From a bacterium (GTDB lineage Bacteria > UBA8248), in NCBI GenBank assembly GCA_965219955.1, contig OZ244799.1:2656001-2720000 (forward strand): a DNA stretch of 64,000 nt, read 5' to 3'. Both the position numbers and the translations under genes were made by a program. The stretch's first letter is position 1. The number at the start of each line of letters is the position of its first letter. The notes beneath the pieces are model-generated. The model was not told the origin of the DNA, made no database searches, and saw only the letters and a list, made by a program, of their open reading frames with translations. Positions 30,435 through 39,812 of the stretch are shown here, piece by piece.

Positions 30435-31495
30435 CCGGTCCCCGCCTCCCATTCCTGAACGAACGCGATGAGTCTCTTGACGTTGTCGACCGGCGTGCCC
30501 GGCAATATCCCGTGCCCCAGGTTGAAGATGTGGCCCGGACGCGCGGCCCCCTGCCGCAGGATGTCCTCCGCTCGCTCCAGGATATATTCAGGCGCCGCGA
30601 ACAGGACGCACGGGTCGAGATTTCCCTGAACGCCCATATCGCCCAGACGCTCACGAGCGTCGGCCAGTTCCACCCGGAAATCCACCCCCGCCACGTCGCC
30701 GCCCGCTCCCGCGAACGCTTCGAGATAGGGCGCGGTGCCCGTGCCGAAGTGGATGACGGGCGCGCCCTTCTCGATTCCCGCGATCAGCGCGCGACTGTGG
30801 GGCAGGACGAACTCCCGGAAATCGCCCGGCGAGAGGCAACCCACCCAGCTGTCGAAAATCTGCACCGCCTGCGCGCCCGCGCGAATCTGTTCGTTCAGGT
30901 AGACGCTCAGCCCGCGCACGAGTTTTTCCATGAGCGCGTGCCACGCGCCCGAATCGGCGTACATGAGCCTCTTGGTATTCTCGAAATTGCGCGAGCCGCC
31001 GCCTTCGATCATGTACGACGCCAGCGTGAAGGGCGCGCCGCAAAAGCCGATGAGCGGAAGGGCGGGGTTCATCCCCTCCCTGGTCTTCCGGACCGCCTCG
31101 AAGACAAAGCCGAGGCTCTCGCGCGGCTCCGCTTCTCTCAACCGCTCCACGTCCCGAGCCTCCCGGACCGGGTTGTGGAGAACGGGGCCGCCCTCCGGGT
31201 ATTCCAGGTCCATGCCCATGGGTTGCAGGATGAGCAGAATGTCCGAGAACAGGATGGCGGCGTCCGCACCGATGGCGTCTAAGGCCGTGACGGCGACCTC
31301 GGCGGCCAGATCGGGCGTGCGGCAAAGCTCGATGAAGGAGACCTTCTCGCGCACGGCGCGGTACTCGCGCATGTACCTGCCCGCCTGACGCATGAGCCAG
31401 ACGGGCGTCCTCGCGTTGGGCAGCCCCCGGCAGGCGCGCATGAAGGCGGAATCCGCATGCGCGGGCGCGTTTTCCACTGCTGGGTGCGCCGGCAT
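30431..31495 (-). CDS. hemE: Uroporphyrinogen decarboxylase
   Basis: PVWLMRQAGRYMREY, DAAILFSDIL, GFCGAPFTLASY, QGNLDP, HIFNLGHG. Confidence 0.97.
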   Translation of the reverse strand: MPAHPAVENAPAHADSAFMRACRGLPNARTPVWLMRQAGRYMREYRAVREKVSFIELCRTPDLAAEVAVTALDAIGADAAILFSDILLILQPMGMDLEYPEGGPVLHNPVREARDVERLREAEPRESLGFVFEAVRKTREGMNPALPLIGFCGAPFTLASYMIEGGGSRNFENTKRLMYADSGAWHALMEKLVRGLSVYLNEQIRAGAQAVQIFDSWVGCLSPGDFREFVLPHSRALIAGIEKGAPVIHFGTGTAPYLEAFAGAGGDVAGVDFRVELADARERLGDMGVQGNLDPCVLFAAPEYILERAEDILRQGAARPGHIFNLGHGILPGTPVDNVKRLIAFVQEWEAGTG

Positions 31496-31770
31496 GAACC
31501 CCTCCCGTGAATGAGTGAAAACCCGGCCGCCCCGGTTTTCGCTGCGGCGGCCGCAGGGGCGGTTCGCGAACCGCCCTCCTCCATCCCGTCACGTCCGCGC
31601 TTCCCGGGGAATGACGGGCCCTGGAAGGCCAGTCTAATCCAAAAGCCGCGCGCTCGCCTATCGGGAGAGCGGTATGGACATCGAGTGAGAAAACCGCCGC
31701 TCGCTGGACAACGCCGGTTCAGGTAGGATAATAAAGATTCTTGATTTCGGGCGTCACGCCCCGACACCCC

Positions 31771-31845
31771 GGCGCCATAGCCAAGTGGTAAGGCAGAGGA
31801 CTGCAAATCCTTTATTCCCCGGTTCGAATCCGGGTGGCGCCTCCA
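31771..31845 (+). tRNA. tRNA-Cys (GCA)
   Basis: GGCGCCATAGCCAAGTGGTAAGGCAGAGGACTGCAAATCC...GGTTCGAATCCGGGTGGCGCCTCCA; cloverleaf with encoded CCA. Confidence 0.98.
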
Positions 31846-31913
31846 ACTGAATCCGCCGGTATTAGCCCTCTCTAACAGGCGAGGAGTCATGCAACCGAAA
31901 CCATACTTTTACA

Positions 31914-32621
31914 TTATTTACTAGCTCTATCGTTCAACCATTCTTTGGCACGGCGAAAAGCCATTTCTTTTAAAATGGGCGGCACCTTTTTCGAAAGGGC
32001 GTTCAACCTTTGAACCGCCTGCCAAGACCGCGGGCCAGCGAGTTGGTACCACATGAGCGCCAACACATAATCCTGGGGAACGCCTTGCCCTTTCTCATAC
32101 ATCATGCCCAGATGAAACTGCGCTCTTTTTAAGTTCTGTTCCGCCGCTTGTCGGAGCAATAGCGCCGCTTCTCTATAATCTATGGAAACTCCGCGCCCTT
32201 CTTTATACATCATGCCCAAATTATACTGCGCGCGTACGAAGTTCCTCTCCGCAGCTTTTCGGTACCATCGCGTCGCTTCCTTATAGTTTTGGGTAACTCC
32301 TTCTCCCTTCTCATACATTACACCCAGATTATACTGCGCTTGTTTCACGTTATTCTCTGCCGCTTTTCGATACCATTGCGCCGCCTCTCCAAAGTCCCGA
32401 GGAACACCCTCTCCTGAGTCATACATTGCGCCCAGGTAAAACTGCGCCGTTGCGTCTCCCGCCTTCGCAAGCAATCTAAACTCTTTCAGTGCCGAAGCGT
32501 AATCCTGCCTTTCGTATGCGGCCACCCCTTCCTTTAACCCGCTCTCCGCAAGCTGATACGCACCAGAACAAACGATAAATACGATCAAAAACAATGTTTT
32601 GCTCAGGCGATATATTTTCAT
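31914..32621 (-). CDS. Secreted Sel1-repeat protein
   Basis: Signal peptide; four AQ(Y/F)xLGxMYxxGxGVxxD/NY...A..WY repeats; AT-richer than flanks. Confidence 0.93.
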   Translation of the reverse strand: MKIYRLSKTLFLIVFIVCSGAYQLAESGLKEGVAAYERQDYASALKEFRLLAKAGDATAQFYLGAMYDSGEGVPRDFGEAAQWYRKAAENNVKQAQYNLGVMYEKGEGVTQNYKEATRWYRKAAERNFVRAQYNLGMMYKEGRGVSIDYREAALLLRQAAEQNLKRAQFHLGMMYEKGQGVPQDYVLALMWYQLAGPRSWQAVQRLNALSKKVPPILKEMAFRRAKEWLNDRASK

Positions 32622-32888
32622 TTCGATTGACCTCCAAACGAGAGTTTTGGGACCAATTTTCCAACAGAAATAAAATATGACGAATCTTGGTAAGCATGCA
32701 ACGATAAAAAATCAACCAAACATCCAAACTGCTCAAAAATAATCCAATCTACTTAAATCAATATCCAACACTGCTTCATAAAAATACACAACTTTCTCTA
32801 AAAACCGCCAATTTTTCTTGCTAGCTTGAAAACCGCGAATAAAAGTTTAATATATGTATCATTATCTACGTATAGGGGAGACGATTCG

Positions 32889-33521
32889 ATGGAGCAGAAG
32901 ACAGCGTCCAAAATAGAAACGAAAGAAGAGCTTCGCGAGTTCTACGGCCCGGCCAACGAGCGCAGCGTCAAGAAACAGATGGCGAAGCTCGACGAGCACG
33001 CCAGGAACTTCATCGCGCTCTCTCCGTTCATGGTCATTTCCTCCGCCACGGCGGAAGGCGCGGACGCATCACCCAAGGGAGACCCGGCCGGATTCGTCAA
33101 GGTGCTCGACGACAGCACCCTGATCATCCCCGACAGGCCGGGCAACAACCGCGTCGACACCATGAGCAACATCGTGGAGAACAACCACGTCGGCCTCCTC
33201 TTCCTCGTGCCCGGCATGTGCGAGACGCTGCGCGTGAACGGGCGCGCGCGCATCACCACCGACCCCGAAGTCCTCGAACCGCACTCGGTGAAGGGCAGGC
33301 TGCCCCGGTCTGCGATGATCGTCGACGTGGACGACGTGTATCTCCACTGCGGAAAGGCCCTCATCCGCGCGGACCTCTGGAACGCGGAAAAACACATCGA
33401 AAGAAAGTCTTTCCCCTCGATGGGGCAGATGCTCTCCGATCAGATAGCCGAAGACGACTACGGCGACGGAGAGGAACTCAACAAGGGCATCCAGGAGAGG
33501 TACAAGACGGACCTGTATTAG
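32889..33521 (+). CDS. Pyridoxamine 5'-phosphate oxidase-like split-barrel flavoprotein (MSMEG_1061-like)
   Basis: FIALSPF, DASPKGDPAGFV, IPDRPGNNRVD, ETLRVNG, YLHCGKALIRADLW. Confidence 0.9.
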   Translation: MEQKTASKIETKEELREFYGPANERSVKKQMAKLDEHARNFIALSPFMVISSATAEGADASPKGDPAGFVKVLDDSTLIIPDRPGNNRVDTMSNIVENNHVGLLFLVPGMCETLRVNGRARITTDPEVLEPHSVKGRLPRSAMIVDVDDVYLHCGKALIRADLWNAEKHIERKSFPSMGQMLSDQIAEDDYGDGEELNKGIQERYKTDLY

Positions 33522-33529
33522 AAACAAAC

Positions 33530-34280
33530 AGGGCGGACAGGCGGGTCCGCCTCTGATAAAATATTGCGTTTTCGTTTCTCCGTAGGGGCGCTTCGCGAAG
33601 CGCCCAACCCCTCCGACAAGGGGCTGTTGAAATAGTCCTCCCCGGTTGGTATTCACCACCGTCGTCATTCCGGCATCAGTCCCGACTGATAAAGGAGGGA
33701 TTGACCGGAATCCATTTTCAGGCAGAAAGACAATACACCGGCTTTCCATCTCCCCGTTATCGGTGGGAACCAATCAGAAAATCAAATACAAAGGCAACCC
33801 CCCCCCTACCCCCCTTGTCAGGGCTGTTGAAAAAGTCCCGTGGAGCGATTTTGGTTGAGCGCAAGTTTTTGAATTTCACTCCCCCCTTGAGGGGGAGTCG
33901 AAGAGGCCGAGCGTTTTTTACGAAGGCCGATTCGGTGGGGGGTGAAATGTGTTTATCGCCATCTGAATTATCCCCCCCACCGAATCGCTTTCGGGCTTAC
34001 GCCCTCAGCTCTTCGACTCCCCCTCAAGGGGGGAGTGATTCCTCTCTCCTCGGGGTTTTTCAACAACCCCGACAAGGGGGGTAAAAAAGGCGATGCGCCC
34101 TCGTCGGGCTGAGGGGGGTTTTGCTCTTTCTTGCCCCTCTGACAAGGGGGGGTAGGGGGGGTTGGTTTTCAGGGCGAAAGGAGCATCTCCTCCACCCCTT
34201 GAACAGGGAGCTTTTTCAACGGCCCCGACAAAGGGGGTTGCCTTTATCCCCTGAGGGGGGGACTTTTTGAACAGCCCCGC
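33530..34280. repeat. Large nested REP/TIR repeat cluster between convergent genes
   Basis: GTAG REP (33582-33605), TIR starts at ~33622 and ~33821, cruciform element 33877-34037, TIR ends at ~34070, ~34226 and ~34278. Confidence 0.85.
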
Positions 34281-34309
34281 CTCGGGCGCGTGCGGGGGTT
34301 CTCCCCCGC

Positions 34310-36226
34310 CTAATGCGTCTCTCTCAGGTAAACGACCGCGAGGGGGGGCAGCGTGATCTCTATCGAATAGGGCTGGTCGTTCAGGGGCGCCGCCGCCGCG
34401 TGGCAGCCGTCGGGATTCCCCACCCCGCCGCCGCCGTAGATCTCCGAATCGCTGTTCAGCACCTCGATCCAATCGCCGTCGGCGGGAACCCCCATCCGGT
34501 AACCCGTCCGGGGCACGGGCGTCAGGTTCGCCGCCACGAGCAGCATGGGTTCATCCTCCGTGGCGATCCGCACGAAGCCCAGCACGCTGTCGTCGGCCGC
34601 ATCCGCCGCCACCCACTTGAACCCACGCGGGTCGTAATCCCTCCGGAACAGGGCGCGCTCCTGATGGTAGAAGGCGTTCAGGTCGCGCACCCACTTCATC
34701 AGCCCCGCTCGTAAAGGCTCCTGGGCGAGGTTCCAGTCGAGCGCGCCGTCGTGGTTCCATTCGCGCCACTGGCCGAATTCCCCGCCCATGAAGAGGAGCT
34801 TCTTGCCGGGCTGGGCGAACATCAGCCCGTAGAGCGCGCGAAGGTTCGCGAATTTCCGCACGCCCTCTCCCGGCATTTTCCCGAGCAGGGAACTCTTGCC
34901 GTGCACCACCTCGTCGTGGGAGAGCGGCAGCACGAAATTCTCGTTGTAGGCGTAGAGCATCCGGAACGTGAGGAGGTTGTGGTGAAATTTGCGGTGAACG
35001 GGGTCTTTTTTCATGTATTCGAGCGAATCGTGCATCCAGCCCATGTCCCACTTCATGCCGAAACCCAGCCCCCCCGTATCCACGGGTCTCGATACCATCG
35101 GCCAGGAAGTGGATTCTTCCGCGATGGTCTGCACGTCGGGAAAGCGGCGATAGACTTCCGTGTTCAGCCGCCTGAGGAAAGAGATGGCCTCGAGGTTCTC
35201 CCGGCCCCCCTCTTCGTTGGGAAGCCACTCGCCCTCTTTTCTCGAATAATCGAGATAGAGCATGGAGGCCACGCCGTCGACGCGCAGCCCGTCGGCGTGG
35301 AAATACTCCAGCCAGTACATGGCGCTGCTTATGAGGAAGGCGGCGACCTCGTTGCGCCCGTAATTGAAGATGTGGCTTTGCCAGTCGGGATGAAACCCCA
35401 GCCTGGGGTCGGCGTGTTCGTAGAGGTGGGTCCCGTCGAAAAAGCCCAGCCCGTGCCCGTCCGTGGGAAAGTGCGAGGGCACCCAGTCGAGTATCACGCC
35501 CAGGCCGCGCTGGTGGAGATAATCGATGAGATACATCAGGTCCTGCGGCGTCCCGAAGCGGCTCGTGGGAGAGAAGAAGCCGGTGATCTGGTATCCCCAC
35601 GAACCGTTGAAGGGGTGCTCCATCACCGGCAGGAATTCCACGTGGGTGAACCCCATGTGGAGCATGTGCTCGGCGAGTTGGGGAGCCAGCTCCCTGTAGG
35701 TGAGGGGCCGGTCCTCCTCATGCGGCGCCCGCCGCCAGGAGCCGATATGAAGCTCATAGATGGAAATGGGCGCTTCGCGGCCGTTGCACGCGCCCCGGCA
35801 CTCCATCCAGTTTCCATCCCCCCATTCGTAATCGAGATTCCAGACGACCGAGCCGCTCTTGGGGGAAACCTCGCTGTAGAACCCGAAAGGATCCGCCTTC
35901 TCGACGCGATAATCCCCGAACGGCGAATGAATCCGGTATTTGTATACCTCACCCGTTCCCACGCCCGGGATGAACCCCGCCCATATGCCCGAGCTTTCCA
36001 CCGGAGCCAGCGGGTGACGCTCCTCGTCCCAGCCGTTGAAATCCCCGATGACGCTCACGGAATCCGCGTTCGGCGCCCATACGGCGAAGTGAACGCCCTC
36101 CTCCCCGTCCACCGTCATGGGGTGCGCGCCCATTTTATCGTACAAGGTGAAGTGGGAGCCCTGGTTGAAGAGGTAGATGTCGTAATCCGTGATGTAGGAA
36201 AGCGCAGGGTAATGGACGATGCTCAC
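34310..36226 (-). CDS. glgB: 1,4-alpha-glucan branching enzyme (GH13)
   Basis: FAVWAPNA, IYELHIGSW, SWGYQ, DGLRVDGVASMLY, IAEEST, LPLSHDEVVHGK. Confidence 0.97.
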   Translation of the reverse strand: MSIVHYPALSYITDYDIYLFNQGSHFTLYDKMGAHPMTVDGEEGVHFAVWAPNADSVSVIGDFNGWDEERHPLAPVESSGIWAGFIPGVGTGEVYKYRIHSPFGDYRVEKADPFGFYSEVSPKSGSVVWNLDYEWGDGNWMECRGACNGREAPISIYELHIGSWRRAPHEEDRPLTYRELAPQLAEHMLHMGFTHVEFLPVMEHPFNGSWGYQITGFFSPTSRFGTPQDLMYLIDYLHQRGLGVILDWVPSHFPTDGHGLGFFDGTHLYEHADPRLGFHPDWQSHIFNYGRNEVAAFLISSAMYWLEYFHADGLRVDGVASMLYLDYSRKEGEWLPNEEGGRENLEAISFLRRLNTEVYRRFPDVQTIAEESTSWPMVSRPVDTGGLGFGMKWDMGWMHDSLEYMKKDPVHRKFHHNLLTFRMLYAYNENFVLPLSHDEVVHGKSSLLGKMPGEGVRKFANLRALYGLMFAQPGKKLLFMGGEFGQWREWNHDGALDWNLAQEPLRAGLMKWVRDLNAFYHQERALFRRDYDPRGFKWVAADAADDSVLGFVRIATEDEPMLLVAANLTPVPRTGYRMGVPADGDWIEVLNSDSEIYGGGGVGNPDGCHAAAAPLNDQPYSIEITLPPLAVVYLRETH

Positions 36227-38361
36227 AGGATCGGTTCCCCCCGCGCCACGGGCGGTTCGTTGCGGCCCCTCAGCAGGACCAGCGACTCTCCGGCGAGATG
36301 GTAGGAATCGCCCGAGTGGATCCGCCAGGTCCAGCCTTTTTCATCGACCTGGGATGTATCCATCACCACCGTCCACCTCTTCTGTCTGTCTTCATCGAGG
36401 AAAAAGAAGGGTATCGCCTCATGATGCGCGTTCATGAGAACCATGAAAATATCACGATTCCTGGGGCCAAGCCGAGAAAAATGTTCGCCGCCCGGCGCCT
36501 CTCTCAGCCTGAAGCCGAAACACTTCATGAAGTGCACATCCCACTCTTCGGCGCTCATTTCATGGCCCAGGTGGTGAAGCCAGACGATCCCGGGCCTGTC
36601 CGTCCCGTGCAGGCTTCTTTTCGGGAAAATCTCCATCCGCCGAAACGCCGTCTGGGACCCGGTCCAGCGGATCAGGTGTTTGACGAAAGAGAGCAGGTTC
36701 CCGTTTTTTTCCGCCAGTTCCCAGTCCACCCAGGAGGTCTCGTTGTCCTGGCAATAGGCGTTGTTGTTCCCGGACTGCGTGCGTCCGAACTCGTCTCCCG
36801 CCTGGAGCATCGGCACGCCCTGGGCGAGGAACAGGCTCGCGAGCATATTCTTCTGGCGCCGCGCGCGCATGGTCGATACGAAGGGGTCGTCCGTCGGGCC
36901 CTCCACCCCGCCGTTCCAGCTGTGGTCATCATCCGCGCCGTCTTTGTTGCCCTCCCCGTTCGCTTCGTTGTGCTTGTGCTGGAAGCTCACCAGATCCTCG
37001 AGCGTGAGCCCGTCGTGGCAGGCGACGAAGTTCAGGCTCGCCTGGGGTGAACGCTCGCCGGCCTCGAAAACGTCGCTGCTCCCCGTCAGGCGCGTGGCGA
37101 ACTCCGCCGCCTGGTTGAAATCCGCGCGCCAGAACCGGCGCGCCGCGTCCCGGAACGCACCGTTCCACTCCGTCCAGCCCTTCGGGAAATTCCCCAGTTG
37201 ATAGCCCTCCTCGCCCAAATCCCAGGGCTCGGCGATGAGCTTGCGCTTCGAGAGTACCGGGTCGTCCGAAATCGTCTTGAAAAACGCCGATTCGGGGTCG
37301 AAGGCACTCCCGGTCCGCGCGAGGGTGGGAGCGAGATCGAACCGGAAGCCATCGACGTGAAATTCCTCCGCCCAGTAGCGCAGGCTGTCCACGACGAGGC
37401 GCAAGACCATCGGGTGCGAGACGTTCAGCGAATTGCCGCAGCCGGTGGTGTCGACGTAGCGGATTTTATCCTCAGGCTTCACGCGGTAATAGACCCTGTT
37501 GTCGAGCCCGCGAAAAGAGAGGTGCGGCCCCCTGGAATCCCCCTCCCCGGTGTGGTTGTAGGCCACGTCGAGAATCACCTCGATCCCCGCGCGGTGATAC
37601 GCCTTCACCATCTCCTTGAACTCATCGACCTGCCCGCCCCTGTCGCCGCGGCTGGAAAAGCGCGCATCGGGCGCGAAAAAGCCGAGCGTCGCGTACCCCC
37701 AATAATTGGAAAGCCCCAGCATCTGGAGACGCTGCTCCGAGACCCGGTGATGAACGGGCAGAAGCTCGATGGCCGTCACGCCCAGATCTTTCAGGTATTC
37801 GACCACGGCAGGGTGGGCCAGACCCGAATACGTGCCCCGGAGTTCTTCGGGCACGTCGGGATGCCGCATGGTGAAGCCTTTGACGTGCAGCTCGTAGACG
37901 ATGGTGTCAGACCAGGGCGTGCCGGGCGCGGAGACGTCCTCCCAATCGAAGGAAGAATCCACGAGCACGCTCTTGGGCGCCGCGTGGGCGTTGTCCCTTG
38001 CGTCGAAGTGGTGGATGTCGCCATCCCGGTAGGCGTACATCTCCTCGCACCAGTGAACGCCGCCCGCGATCGCCCGCGCATAAGGGTCCAGCAGCACCTT
38101 GTAACCGTTGAAGCGATGTCCATGCGCGGGCGCATAGGGGCCGTGGACGCGGAATCCATAGGGCTGCCCCGCCCCCAGGCCTTCCATCTCCACGCGCCAG
38201 ACGTCGCCATGCCGTTCGAGAGGAGCCCGCGCCGTCTCCCTGCCGGGGTCATCCGCCTCGAACAGGCAAAGCTCGACCCCCTCCGCGTGTTCCGAGAAAA
38301 GGGAAAACCGCACGCCCCCATCCATCCATTCGGCGCCCAGGCGCCCTTCCGGCTGATCCAT
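36223..38361 (-). CDS. glgX: Glycogen debranching enzyme (GH13)
   Basis: YELHVKGFT, NYWGY, DVAYNHTGEG, DGFRFDLA, IAEPWD, CHDG, QSGNNNAYCQDN. Confidence 0.96.
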   Translation of the reverse strand: MDQPEGRLGAEWMDGGVRFSLFSEHAEGVELCLFEADDPGRETARAPLERHGDVWRVEMEGLGAGQPYGFRVHGPYAPAHGHRFNGYKVLLDPYARAIAGGVHWCEEMYAYRDGDIHHFDARDNAHAAPKSVLVDSSFDWEDVSAPGTPWSDTIVYELHVKGFTMRHPDVPEELRGTYSGLAHPAVVEYLKDLGVTAIELLPVHHRVSEQRLQMLGLSNYWGYATLGFFAPDARFSSRGDRGGQVDEFKEMVKAYHRAGIEVILDVAYNHTGEGDSRGPHLSFRGLDNRVYYRVKPEDKIRYVDTTGCGNSLNVSHPMVLRLVVDSLRYWAEEFHVDGFRFDLAPTLARTGSAFDPESAFFKTISDDPVLSKRKLIAEPWDLGEEGYQLGNFPKGWTEWNGAFRDAARRFWRADFNQAAEFATRLTGSSDVFEAGERSPQASLNFVACHDGLTLEDLVSFQHKHNEANGEGNKDGADDDHSWNGGVEGPTDDPFVSTMRARRQKNMLASLFLAQGVPMLQAGDEFGRTQSGNNNAYCQDNETSWVDWELAEKNGNLLSFVKHLIRWTGSQTAFRRMEIFPKRSLHGTDRPGIVWLHHLGHEMSAEEWDVHFMKCFGFRLREAPGGEHFSRLGPRNRDIFMVLMNAHHEAIPFFFLDEDRQKRWTVVMDTSQVDEKGWTWRIHSGDSYHLAGESLVLLRGRNEPPVARGEPIL

Positions 38362-38620
38362 CTTTCCCTCACCTGAAAAATTTCATCCCCCGCGATGCGC
38401 AAAATCGCGAGCCGTCAAACGTAACCACCATGCCAGGGAGCATCATACCCGATTTTTGTTGTGGTTTTATTACACGGGCCTTCAAAAACCGGGTTGAATC
38501 GCCCTTCGCCTGTTTCAAGGCTTTCGCGGCGCCCGGCTCCGCTTCACCTTTGCCCCGGACAGGCTGTAGAATCCCCGCGTTCACGAGAAGCGCAACGCCA
38601 AATCGAAACGGGAGAGAATC

Positions 38621-39790
38621 TTGAAGATCATCGACATCCGCGAGACGGTGGTTCCCATTCAATCGGACCTGAGAAACGCGTTCATCGATTTTTCCCTGAT
38701 GACGGTGAGCGTCGCCGCCCTCGTCACGGACGTGGTGCGCGACGGCAAGCGCGTCGTCGGCTTCGGCTTCAACTCGAACGGGCGCTACGCCCAGCAGGGG
38801 CTTTTGCGCGAGCGCTTCATCCCCAGGCTCCGGGAAGCGGAGCCCGAGTCGCTGCTGAACGAGGAAGGCTCGAACTTCGAGCCATCTAAAATCTGGGACT
38901 GCATGATGAAGAATGAAAAGCCCGGCGGGCACGGCGACCGCTCCGTCGCCGTGGGCATTATCGACATGGCGGTCTGGGACATGGTGGCCAAGATCGAGGA
39001 GAAACCGCTCTACCGCCACCTCGCGGACACCTATCGCGGCGGAGCGTGCGATGAGAAGGTATCCGTCTACGCCGCCGGGGGCTATTACTACCCGGGCAAG
39101 GACCTGAAAGCCCTCCAGAACGAGATGAGGAGCTATCTCGATCGCGGCTACACCACCGTCAAGATGAAGATCGGCGGTGAGGCGCTCGACGACGACCTGA
39201 GGAGAATCGAGGCGGTGCTCGAGGTCGTGGGCGAGGGGCGGAACCTCGCGGTGGACGCCAACGGGAAATTCGATCTGGAAACCGCTATCGCCTACGCGGA
39301 GGCGCTCGCGCCCTACGACCTCCACTGGTACGAGGAGGCGGGCGACCCGCTCGATTACGCGCTTCAGGCCGAACTCGCCCGGCATTACGACAAGCCCATG
39401 GCGACGGGCGAGAACCTCTTCTCCACCCAGGACGCGAGAAACCTGATCCGCTACGGGGGGATGCGCCCGGGCGTGGACATCCTGCAGTTCGACTGCGCGC
39501 TGAGCTACGGCCTGGTGGAATACCTGAGAACGCTGGATATGGCGGAGGAGCACGGCTGGTCGGCCCGCTCGTTCATCCCCCACGGCGGACACCAGCTCTC
39601 GCTCAACATCGCGGGCGGGCTGGGCCTGGGAGGCAGCGAGTCCTACCCCGACGTGTTCAAGCCCTTCAACGGCTTCGCCGACTCCGTGGCGGTGGAAGAC
39701 GGCTGCGTGGGCTTTCCCGACCTGCCCGGTCTCGGCATCGAGGACAAGGCGGCGCTGAAAGACGTGCTGAAGGAACTCTCTGAAACCTAG
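38621..39790 (+). CDS. Mandelate racemase/enolase superfamily protein (D-tartrate dehydratase-like)
   Basis: RNAFIDFSLMTVS, GFNSNGRYAQ, NEKPGGHGDRSVAVG, KMKIGG, VDANG, WYEE, TGEN, PHGGH. Confidence 0.88.
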   Translation: MKIIDIRETVVPIQSDLRNAFIDFSLMTVSVAALVTDVVRDGKRVVGFGFNSNGRYAQQGLLRERFIPRLREAEPESLLNEEGSNFEPSKIWDCMMKNEKPGGHGDRSVAVGIIDMAVWDMVAKIEEKPLYRHLADTYRGGACDEKVSVYAAGGYYYPGKDLKALQNEMRSYLDRGYTTVKMKIGGEALDDDLRRIEAVLEVVGEGRNLAVDANGKFDLETAIAYAEALAPYDLHWYEEAGDPLDYALQAELARHYDKPMATGENLFSTQDARNLIRYGGMRPGVDILQFDCALSYGLVEYLRTLDMAEEHGWSARSFIPHGGHQLSLNIAGGLGLGGSESYPDVFKPFNGFADSVAVEDGCVGFPDLPGLGIEDKAALKDVLKELSET

Positions 39791-39812
39791 ACGAACGCGG
39801 GCATCACCTCTT
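39786..39812 (+). repeat. 27-bp direct repeat, copy 1
   Basis: CCTAGACGAACGCGGGCATCACCTCTT, identical to 41164-41190. Confidence 0.9.

Noticed and set aside
31279-31890. 203-aa ORF containing WRRHPDSNRG
   Set aside because: Antisense reading of tRNA-Cys and off-frame overlap with hemE
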